From an uncultured virus (IMG/VR IMGVR_UViG_3300043443_000309) (Duplodnaviria > Heunggongvirae > Uroviricota > Caudoviricetes): a stretch of 64,000 bases of DNA. Below the pieces are notes generated by a model that saw nothing but the letters and a program-made list of their open reading frames with translations, had not been told where the DNA came from and did not search any database. Below, in pieces: positions 8,039 through 14,856 of the stretch. The stretch lies in IMG/VR virus record IMGVR_UViG_3300043443_000309, one strand, 5' to 3'. Position numbers and translations under genes: made by a program. Position 1 is the first letter of the stretch. Every line of letters begins with the position of its first letter.

Positions 8039-8067
8039 TTGACTTCACCATCGGGATCTGTTATAAT
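8039..8067 (+). promoter_or_regulatory. early sigma70-type promoter
   Basis: TTGACT-N17-TATAAT with TG extension. Confidence 0.85.
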
Positions 8068-8127
8068 GAAGGGGCAAGGATGGTCCTTGCTTCTTGCAGC
8101 CAACCTCCAAACGACAGGAACAACCTA

Positions 8128-9435
8128 ATGACTGCAACTATGCCCGCTCCTACGCCCGCTTTCGACATGAACCTCCACATTCACAAGCTCATGCTGAAAG
8201 AGCCTTTCTTCGCCGCTATTTCGCGACGCATGAATAAGGTCGCTACTACCGCCATTCCTACCGCTGGTGTCCGTGTCAATCCCGATACGCTGGCGCTGGA
8301 AATGGCTTACAACCCTGCTTTCTTCGACCGGCTCGTTCGTGAGCATGTCGATTTCGTCGGTTCTATGAAGGCAAAGGACCGCAAGGCTTACATTTCCTCG
8401 CACCCCGGCGAGAATGGCGAGGTTGATCCTTACGTTTGGGTTCGCGGCGTTCTCCTGCATGAGCTTTATCACATTGTTTTCGGGCACATCACTGAGCGTT
8501 TGCCCGATGGTGGTATGACCAAGAAGTGGAACCACGCTACCGACCTTGCAATCAATACCAACCTTCAAGGCCAGCTTCCGTCGTACTGCCTCATGCCGGG
8601 CGTCGGTGAGTACGCTAACATGCCTCATAACATGAGTGCTGAGCACTACTACCGTAACATCGTTGATCCCGACGAAAAGCAGCAGAACCAAGGCAATGGT
8701 CAAGGCAATGGCCAGCAGGGACAAGGCGAAAAGCAGGATGGTGATGGACAATTCGATGACCATTCCGGTTGGGATGAGTTGCCGGACGACCTAAAGGATG
8801 CTGCAAAGGAGGCAATGCGTCAGATCACGGAGCAAGCCGTGAATGAGGCAAACAGCAATAGCCAAGGTTGGGGCAGTGTTTCTGCCGCAATGAAGGGCAA
8901 GATCCTCGATTCCATCCGTCGTAAGGTGAATTGGCGGGCGCATCTGCGTTATTTCGTCAAGACCTCTCAGAAGGCTGACCGTCGAACCTCCATTTTCCGC
9001 ATCAACAAGCGGTTTCAGTACATTCATCCGGGCAAGAAGGCTAATCGTACTGCCAAGATTGCAATCTCCATCGACCAGTCGGGTTCGGTTTCTGACGAGC
9101 TTCTTACTGCGTTTTTCTCGCAGCTTGATTCGCTGGCTCAGATTGCAGAATTCACGGTTGTTCCTTTCGATACTGGCGTTGACGACACCAAGGTTTACAC
9201 TTGGAAGAAGGGCCAACATCGCAAGGTTGAGCGTGTTCTGCATGGTGGAACCGACTTCAATGCTCCCACCAAGTGGGTGAATGAACGGAATTTCGATGGT
9301 CACATCATCCTTACTGACCTTGAAGCACCTTTGCCTATTCCGAGCAAGTGCCAGCGCATGTGGATGACTGATAAGTCCTGTTTCGGACGGCGTTCTTTCA
9401 ACACCAACGAGCGTATCATCGTTATCGAGGACTGA
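8128..9435 (+). CDS. metallopeptidase-like + vWA domain protein (DUF2201 type)
   Basis: LLHELYH (HExxH), NHATDLAIN, Q/G linker, MIDAS IDQSGS, GGTDF, ILTD. Confidence 0.85.
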   Translation: MTATMPAPTPAFDMNLHIHKLMLKEPFFAAISRRMNKVATTAIPTAGVRVNPDTLALEMAYNPAFFDRLVREHVDFVGSMKAKDRKAYISSHPGENGEVDPYVWVRGVLLHELYHIVFGHITERLPDGGMTKKWNHATDLAINTNLQGQLPSYCLMPGVGEYANMPHNMSAEHYYRNIVDPDEKQQNQGNGQGNGQQGQGEKQDGDGQFDDHSGWDELPDDLKDAAKEAMRQITEQAVNEANSNSQGWGSVSAAMKGKILDSIRRKVNWRAHLRYFVKTSQKADRRTSIFRINKRFQYIHPGKKANRTAKIAISIDQSGSVSDELLTAFFSQLDSLAQIAEFTVVPFDTGVDDTKVYTWKKGQHRKVERVLHGGTDFNAPTKWVNERNFDGHIILTDLEAPLPIPSKCQRMWMTDKSCFGRRSFNTNERIIVIED

Positions 9436-9438
9436 GAA

Positions 9439-9690
9439 ATGACGGTCGAAACAGGACAAGTCAAGGCAGTGATGCACAGGTACGAAAAGGGAGAAATGCT
9501 ATGGCTTACGAACAAGTCTGCTGCTTTCTCCCGAACGCTAGGTACAAGCACGTTTATCGTGGTGAAGCATGGCACCGAACAATCTCCTTGGCAAGTGCTT
9601 GTGAGGCTGGTTGGAGGCCCACTTGACGGAACCGAGAAGGTTATTCACGATTCGCTAGTTACTCCCTATTCACCAAATGAACGAGGATGA
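9439..9690 (+). CDS. KGDL-array protein 1 (divergent)
   Basis: RYEKGEML. Confidence 0.65.
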   Translation: MTVETGQVKAVMHRYEKGEMLWLTNKSAAFSRTLGTSTFIVVKHGTEQSPWQVLVRLVGGPLDGTEKVIHDSLVTPYSPNERG

Positions 9691-9694
9691 ACGA

Positions 9695-9898
9695 ATGAAA
9701 TTCCAGAAAGGTGATTTGTTGACAAGCCGTTCGTATCCAACCTCAATTTGGATTGTCGCGGACATAACTCGTCATTCAGTATTCGAAATCAACACGGGTT
9801 ATGTGCTTCGTTCCATTGTTTATGATGGTACGCCAAAGCAACGTGAGATGAGGCTTTCAATCTCCACAGTCGAAGGCACATACACAAAGATAGGATAG
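9695..9898 (+). CDS. KGDL-array protein 2
   Basis: MKFQKGDLL...KIG. Confidence 0.8.
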   Translation: MKFQKGDLLTSRSYPTSIWIVADITRHSVFEINTGYVLRSIVYDGTPKQREMRLSISTVEGTYTKIG

Positions 9899-9902
9899 AC
9901 CA

Positions 9903-10112
9903 ATGAAATTCAAGAAAGGTGATTTGTTTACTGGTTGTAACGAGCTAAATCCCGGCGTTATTCTGCTTGCTCTAGAGGATACTAGAGCAGAAGGTTATAA
10001 TCAGACTTTATGCCAGTTCTTGAACCATCCCGAAGAACCCGAAAAGGTAGGAACTACGACATTTTTCGCTGATTGGGCACTCGCAAATTATTATCGCAAG
10101 GTTGTAGCATGA
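9903..10112 (+). CDS. KGDL-array protein 3
   Basis: MKFKKGDLF. Confidence 0.8.
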   Translation: MKFKKGDLFTGCNELNPGVILLALEDTRAEGYNQTLCQFLNHPEEPEKVGTTTFFADWALANYYRKVVA

Positions 10113-10315
10113 CTTTCAGTAAAGGTGATTTGGTGCTTCTCCAAACCGGAGAAGCAGAGTATGGTGTCGTACTTATTTTGGACAAAGCGGAACAATCAGG
10201 CGAACAACTAAGCAGCTTGTACCGTTGGGTTTACAGGTTCATCATGCTAAAAGAACAGAAAGAAGATTGGCATTATCAAGCTTTCGTTGAACAGAACGGA
10301 GTAAAGCTAGGTTGA
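10109..10315 (+). CDS. KGDL-array protein 4
   Basis: MTFSKGDLV...KLG; ATGA overlap. Confidence 0.8.
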   Translation: MTFSKGDLVLLQTGEAEYGVVLILDKAEQSGEQLSSLYRWVYRFIMLKEQKEDWHYQAFVEQNGVKLG

Positions 10316-10319
10316 ACGG

Positions 10320-10490
10320 ATGAAATACGAGAAAGGCGATTTGGTTGACTTACCACTTGGATACGGTTATGCTGTATTTATGAGATACGATGAATACTTC
10401 AACAGAGCATTCTTTTATAACCTCAGTAAGAACGAACAAGATTGGGACTTTGCCGAGTTCTTCGATAGAAACGCCAACAAGGTAGGTTGA
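10320..10490 (+). CDS. KGDL-array protein 5 (56 aa, absent from ORF track)
   Basis: hand translation MKYEKGDLVDLPLG...NANKVG. Confidence 0.8.
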   Translation: MKYEKGDLVDLPLGYGYAVFMRYDEYFNRAFFYNLSKNEQDWDFAEFFDRNANKVG

Positions 10491-10494
10491 ACGG

Positions 10495-10668
10495 ATGAAA
10501 TACGAGAAAGGTGATTTGGTAGAATACAAAAAGGACATTTTTCTTATTACAGAAGTTCAGGAGATTTTGTATTGCATGACAAACCTAACTTGTCAGCATG
10601 TTTCGGGGGTTCATCAAACCCAATACACAATTCCATACATTGATAGAATGGCAAACAAGGTAGGATGA
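10495..10668 (+). CDS. KGDL-array protein 6 (57 aa, absent from ORF track)
   Basis: hand translation MKYEKGDLVEYKKD...MANKVG. Confidence 0.8.
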   Translation: MKYEKGDLVEYKKDIFLITEVQEILYCMTNLTCQHVSGVHQTQYTIPYIDRMANKVG

Positions 10669-10672
10669 ACGG

Positions 10673-10900
10673 ATGGAAATTAGCAAAGGCGATTTACTAT
10701 CTTTCAACCCCTATAATGCCCAAGACATAGTTTGGACAAACAACCTACAACGTAAAACCTTCATTGTCTTGGAAGTAAGCCCGCCATTACTATACGGCTA
10801 TTGTCAGCTTACTTGCTTGGAAGATTGGGTCGAGGGCAAAGACCACCTTTACAGCTACACAATCAACTATGTTCGCAAATACTTTGAAAGGATAGGGTAG
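10673..10900 (+). CDS. KGDL-array protein 7
   Basis: MEISKGDLL...ERIG. Confidence 0.8.
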   Translation: MEISKGDLLSFNPYNAQDIVWTNNLQRKTFIVLEVSPPLLYGYCQLTCLEDWVEGKDHLYSYTINYVRKYFERIG

Positions 10901-10904
10901 ACCA

Positions 10905-11114
10905 ATGACTTACAAGAAAGGCGATCTGTTTATCGCCAAAAGCAAAGTAAATACCAGCGTTATTGTGATTGCCGTTGAAGATACTAGAAAGGAGTGGTAC
11001 AACGAAACCTTGTGCCTTTATTTGAGTTTCCCCGCTGCTCCCGAAAAGGTAGGAACTACCGATGTTTTCAGCCATTTGGCGCTCTCCCGCTTTTATCACA
11101 GGGTTGAAGCATGA
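10905..11114 (+). CDS. KGDL-array protein 8
   Basis: MTYKKGDLF; full-length paralogue of protein 3. Confidence 0.8.
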   Translation: MTYKKGDLFIAKSKVNTSVIVIAVEDTRKEWYNETLCLYLSFPAAPEKVGTTDVFSHLALSRFYHRVEA

Positions 11115-11317
11115 CTTACGAGAAAGGCGATCTCCTGCAATACAAAGACCGCTTGCTGCTCGTTACGGAGCGTTCAACCTTGGATAACGCCGACAACTAC
11201 AACGAAACATCATGCCTCGTTCTAAAACGAGGCAGCAATGCCGATTATCTTGAAGGTGAAATCTTGCTTTTCAATACCACTTGGCTGAACATGCATTATC
11301 ATAGGTTACCCCAATGA
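11111..11317 (+). CDS. KGDL-array protein 9
   Basis: MTYEKGDLL. Confidence 0.8.
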   Translation: MTYEKGDLLQYKDRLLLVTERSTLDNADNYNETSCLVLKRGSNADYLEGEILLFNTTWLNMHYHRLPQ

Positions 11318-11508
11318 AATACGAGAAAGGTGATTTGATCCGTTACAATGTCCGAACGGGACCAGCACAGATTTGTGTTGTTTTGGACTTCATTCTCAAA
11401 GATGGTATTCGTGAGTATTGCACTTTGCTGGATTTGAATGACGGCGAAATAAAGGAGTATTATCTTCCCTTTGTCGAAGATCCACAATGCTGGATAAGGA
11501 TAAGTTGA
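11314..11508 (+). CDS. KGDL-array protein 10
   Basis: MKYEKGDLIRYNVR. Confidence 0.8.
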   Translation: MKYEKGDLIRYNVRTGPAQICVVLDFILKDGIREYCTLLDLNDGEIKEYYLPFVEDPQCWIRIS

Positions 11509-11512
11509 ACAA

Positions 11513-11743
11513 ATGAAATTCAATAAAGGCGATTTGATCCGATACAATGTCCGAGCAGGACAAACAACGCTTTATCATTTCGAAACAAAAGGAAGTTCTT
11601 TCTTCATTATCGTTGATACAGACCCTCCTTTGTTACCCGGCTACTACAAGGTTTCAAAGTTCGACAAATTGGCGATGGGCGAACCTCACCTTTTTCATTA
11701 TACACACAGTTATGCTCACGAACATTTTGAGAAGATAGGTTGA
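11513..11743 (+). CDS. KGDL-array protein 11
   Basis: MKFNKGDLIRYNVR...EKIG. Confidence 0.8.
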   Translation: MKFNKGDLIRYNVRAGQTTLYHFETKGSSFFIIVDTDPPLLPGYYKVSKFDKLAMGEPHLFHYTHSYAHEHFEKIG

Positions 11744-11747
11744 ACAA

Positions 11748-11966
11748 ATGAAATTCACCAAAGGCGATTTGGTCAAGATGAAACATCGAATTTGGAAGGA
11801 TGAACCTCAACCGGATTATGAATTAGTTTTGATCACAAACATTAGAGTAAACCCAGCCAATCTCAGGCACATTTATGATTTCTTGTGCTTGAACCGGCAT
11901 TATGGTGAACAAGCGGACTGGCATTACCACACCTTCATAGATAGCAACTTTGAGAAGATAGATTGA
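11748..11966 (+). CDS. KGDL-array protein 12
   Basis: MKFTKGDLV...EKID. Confidence 0.8.
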   Translation: MKFTKGDLVKMKHRIWKDEPQPDYELVLITNIRVNPANLRHIYDFLCLNRHYGEQADWHYHTFIDSNFEKID

Positions 11967-11970
11967 ACAA

Positions 11971-12204
11971 ATGAAATACAAGAAAGGCGATCTGCTCCAA
12001 GCCAAATTCGGCAAAGACACAACAAAGAAAGGACACCTTGCAACCTTGATCATAACGGAGTGCTACGAAAACGGCAACCCACCATCTTTTCACATTGGCA
12101 CATACACCGTGTTATACCTAAGCTCAGCAAACAGCAAGATTATAGGTCAAACCACAGTTCTTTCAGAGGCAACAATGGATAAGCATTATGACCTTATAGC
12201 GTGA
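11971..12204 (+). CDS. KGDL-array protein 13
   Basis: MKYKKGDLL. Confidence 0.8.
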   Translation: MKYKKGDLLQAKFGKDTTKKGHLATLIITECYENGNPPSFHIGTYTVLYLSSANSKIIGQTTVLSEATMDKHYDLIA

Positions 12205-12216
12205 GCAATTCAGAAA

Positions 12217-12259
12217 CCCCAAATAACCCACTTTCACCCACATTCTCCCACACTCCCCC
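12217..12259 (-). repeat. 10-bp-period GTGGG/TGGG direct repeats (MraZ-box-like)
   Basis: minus strand GGGGGAGT GTGGGAGAAT GTGGGTGAAA GTGGGTTATT TGGGG. Confidence 0.7.
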
Positions 12260-12755
12260 ATAATGCACATCCAACAATAACAATACAGCAGCACAGACAG
12301 AAACCCCCATTTCCTGCCATGAACGATAACCTCGTTCGCGGCGGGATTTTTTCGTTTTACCGACAGCCAATGGCCATTTGCTCTATTCAACGCCATCTTT
12401 TCGGCACACAATAAATGAAAAGCAATGTTCAGATAAGCCAGCAAGCATCAGCATTATCGGCGGATACAAGATACAATAAATAATGAACGATCAATGTACG
12501 TTATAACGAGAGCATTATAGAATAACGAATAGCCAGTAAATAGCCCGGTGCAAGCCTGCTAATAGCCAATTCGAAAAGGGTGGTTATAATCCCCTAATGA
12601 TGGTCGGTACTAAGTACACCACAAAAGCAGACAATTGCCCTACCGAGAAAAGCCTGTTCCTATCAGTGTTTTCGGGGTATTGTCGAGATCCAATGATCGT
12701 CTCTTGTGAGTTCGCATTCAACCTGTTTAGTTCATTTTGGGCTATACAAGAGCCA

Positions 12756-13002
12756 TGTGAGGGCCTTTCAAAGCGCACTATCTAGCTACCACCTAGAGCA
12801 AAGTGAACCAAACGACCGTCTAACTGTGAGGCTCATTGCAAGGGTCTTATCGTCAATTGCCCGCAAACACTGCTGCTAGCAGGGTTCTCTCTGTGAGCGA
12901 GGTACAAAGAGACCTTTCAGAGTATCACCAAATGCTCAGATGACCTGCCTTGTGAGGGACTTTGAACGTACACTATTCTATCTTCACCTAGAGCAAAGTG
13001 AA
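12756..13002. repeat. two ~52-bp direct repeats (12756-12807, 12951-13002)
   Basis: TGTGAGGG.CTTT.AA...CACTAT...CACCTAGAGCAAAGTGAA; offset 195 bp. Confidence 0.8.
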
Positions 13003-13445
13003 TAAAAGGCGGCTGGTCAGTACCCCCGATTGGCAGAGATTGCTGTTACTATCAGTGTTCTCTCTAAAAGCTCCTTTGTACGGTGCTCACAGATTAGCCT
13101 TCAAAAGCATTAGACTTTCTCTAGGTGGTAACAAGATTATGCAAAGATCTCTAATAGCCAATTCAAAAGGAGCTAATAGGGTAACCCGAAAATAACGAAT
13201 AGCCAAATAGCGATGTGCTTGCAAACTGCCTTATCAGGGTACCCCCTCCCCCTCCCCCCTCCTGTGAGCCAGGTTGTAAGTACCATAGGGGGGAACCGGT
13301 TTTTTGCGGGCCTAATACACTCGCGACACCCCAAGAAAAAATGAGAGATTTAAGAAGAGGCTCCCCGTTATTCCCGAAAAAACAAATGACTTATCTGAAG
13401 GCCCGTTGGCAAAAAAATCCCAAGGAAAAAATGTGAGATTTTTGG

Positions 13446-13454
13446 ACTATTTAT
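13446..13454 (+). promoter_or_regulatory. putative phage late promoter
   Basis: ACTATTTAT recurring just upstream of late genes. Confidence 0.65.
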
Positions 13455-13506
13455 TTGGAAGTGAGTCATGACACTTTATAAATGCATTTATGAAAAGGAG
13501 AATGAA

Positions 13507-13785
13507 ATGAGACTTACAGTGAATCAACTTCGTCGTATTATCAAGGAAGAAGTCACCAGAACCCTTGGTGAAGCTCGCGGAGCAATCAACGAAATGACAT
13601 TACCAGAAATGTATGAGCAATTTATCAGCGCGCTTGAGGCCGAGCTATCGGATCCAGATACACAAGAAACCGCCTTGGCCGGTCTTCGAAGAATATTGGG
13701 AGTTAAGGTTAGTGATGAACTACTTGCCCGTGAAAAAGCAGCTCGCGAAGAGAAGAAAGCCAAAGGCGAGAAATTTAATATTTGA
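13507..13785 (+). CDS. QLRRIIKEE-motif protein (putative internal head protein)
   Basis: MRLTVNQLRRIIKEEV; AAGGAG RBS. Confidence 0.8.
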   Translation: MRLTVNQLRRIIKEEVTRTLGEARGAINEMTLPEMYEQFISALEAELSDPDTQETALAGLRRILGVKVSDELLAREKAAREEKKAKGEKFNI

Positions 13786-13806
13786 TTCTTAACCTTGTCC
13801 AATCCG

Positions 13807-13840
13807 AATGCCCTGTTCTTTTGAGCAGGGCATTTTGTTT
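13807..13840 (+). terminator. intrinsic terminator
   Basis: AATGCCCTGTTC-TTTT-GAGCAGGGCATT-TTGTTT. Confidence 0.85.
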
Positions 13841-13849
13841 CTGTGTTGT

Positions 13850-13858
13850 ACTATTTAT
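13850..13858 (+). promoter_or_regulatory. putative phage late promoter
   Basis: ACTATTTAT between terminator and RBS. Confidence 0.7.
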
Positions 13859-13881
13859 TCATAGTTTGGGAGAAATAAAAA

Positions 13882-14253
13882 ATGAAACTATCCGTGTCGC
13901 AGTTAAGAAGAATCATTAAGGAAGAAGTATCAAGAATGCTTGTGATGGAAGCCGTGTATGAAGATCCGTATGAAGAAGAAGAATATGGATATTCTGATCC
14001 TAGCCTTGGGGATGAGCCACCAGAAGCAAAAGATATTCCAGATCCTCACAAACAGCTCAAAGATTTCATACAGCAATATAGTCCGAGAGATATCGATATT
14101 CCCTATAATCCAGAACCTGGTAGAGACTATGCGTTCGACCAGAATGGCAAATTAAAATTAAAACCCCGTTTATATAATGCAATCGACAATCAAGGAGGAG
14201 CAATGAAAAAACTAAAAGCCCTTTTCCCTAAAGGAGTTGTAAGTGGACTTTGA
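13882..14253 (+). CDS. QLRRIIKEE-motif protein
   Basis: MKLSVSQLRRIIKEEV. Confidence 0.8.
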   Translation: MKLSVSQLRRIIKEEVSRMLVMEAVYEDPYEEEEYGYSDPSLGDEPPEAKDIPDPHKQLKDFIQQYSPRDIDIPYNPEPGRDYAFDQNGKLKLKPRLYNAIDNQGGAMKKLKALFPKGVVSGL

Positions 14254-14328
14254 GATGCTGGCGGCTCCTCTATGAGTGAATCTCGTCGCGGAACCCTCCG
14301 CAACCGCTGATTGTTGAGATTTCGACCC

Positions 14329-14366
14329 AAACGCCCTGTTCTTTTGAGCAGGGCGTTTTTGTTTTC
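14329..14366 (+). terminator. intrinsic terminator (copy of 13807)
   Basis: AAACGCCCTGTTC-TTTT-GAGCAGGGCGTTT-TTGTTTT. Confidence 0.85.
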
Positions 14367-14372
14367 AGAATG

Positions 14373-14381
14373 ACTATTTAT
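14373..14381 (+). promoter_or_regulatory. putative phage late promoter
   Basis: ACTATTTAT. Confidence 0.7.
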
Positions 14382-14398
14382 CCTACTAGGAGAACGCA

Positions 14399-14830
14399 AT
14401 GAAAATCACAATAAACCAACTTCGTCAGATTATCAAGGAAGAGATCTCAAAATCTGCTTTGATGAAAGAATACTTTTTCTACGGTCCAGATGCCGGATTC
14501 CCCCCGCAGGAATCAGAAGAATCTGAAGAATCTGAAGAACCTGAAGACCAGTTCGGAGAAGCGGATTATGCTTGGGAATCGTTTATGCGTGCCTTGTATG
14601 ATGCTAGAAGGCAGGAACCCTCTGAAGGAATGCTAGGTCAACTTCTCTATAATCACTTCGATAATCTTGTATCAGCTTTTCCAAACAACTCAGTTCTGAA
14701 GAAGCTCCGGTCACATCTGTCGAATGTTCTCAATAAGAATCCTTCACCAGAAAAACAAATGAAAATAATCGATGGTCTGGAGGGTAGAGTAAGGAAAGCT
14801 GTTGGATTTGAGGGTAAAGGATACTACTGA
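14399..14830 (+). CDS. QLRQIIKEE-motif protein
   Basis: MKITINQLRQIIKEEI; AGGAG RBS. Confidence 0.8.
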   Translation: MKITINQLRQIIKEEISKSALMKEYFFYGPDAGFPPQESEESEESEEPEDQFGEADYAWESFMRALYDARRQEPSEGMLGQLLYNHFDNLVSAFPNNSVLKKLRSHLSNVLNKNPSPEKQMKIIDGLEGRVRKAVGFEGKGYY

Positions 14831-14856
14831 TCTGAGCGGGTGCTATTTACCTTATA

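Noticed and set aside
3736..9477. Long minus-strand ORFs (3736..5250, 6135..7412, 8125..8763, 8791..9477; also 2756..3421)
   Set aside because: Antisense shadows of GC-rich + strand genes, with no motifs or expression signals; one crosses several genes and promoters.
9439..12204. CRISPR array or integron interpretation of the repeat-variable-repeat pattern
   Set aside because: Repeats are degenerate and coding, the variable parts are 130-200 nt ORF bodies, and there are no attC-like palindromes, cas genes or integrase in the window.
12163..13436. Short ORFs in the boundary region (12597, 12998, 13215 and others)
   Set aside because: No RBS, low-complexity translations, and they overlap DNA repeat motifs; treated as non-coding.
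7353..13460. tRNA or known ncRNA genes in the intergenic gaps
   Set aside because: No cloverleaf or T-loop consensus, or other family signature, recognised by eye; an Infernal/tRNAscan run would be needed to exclude them fully.
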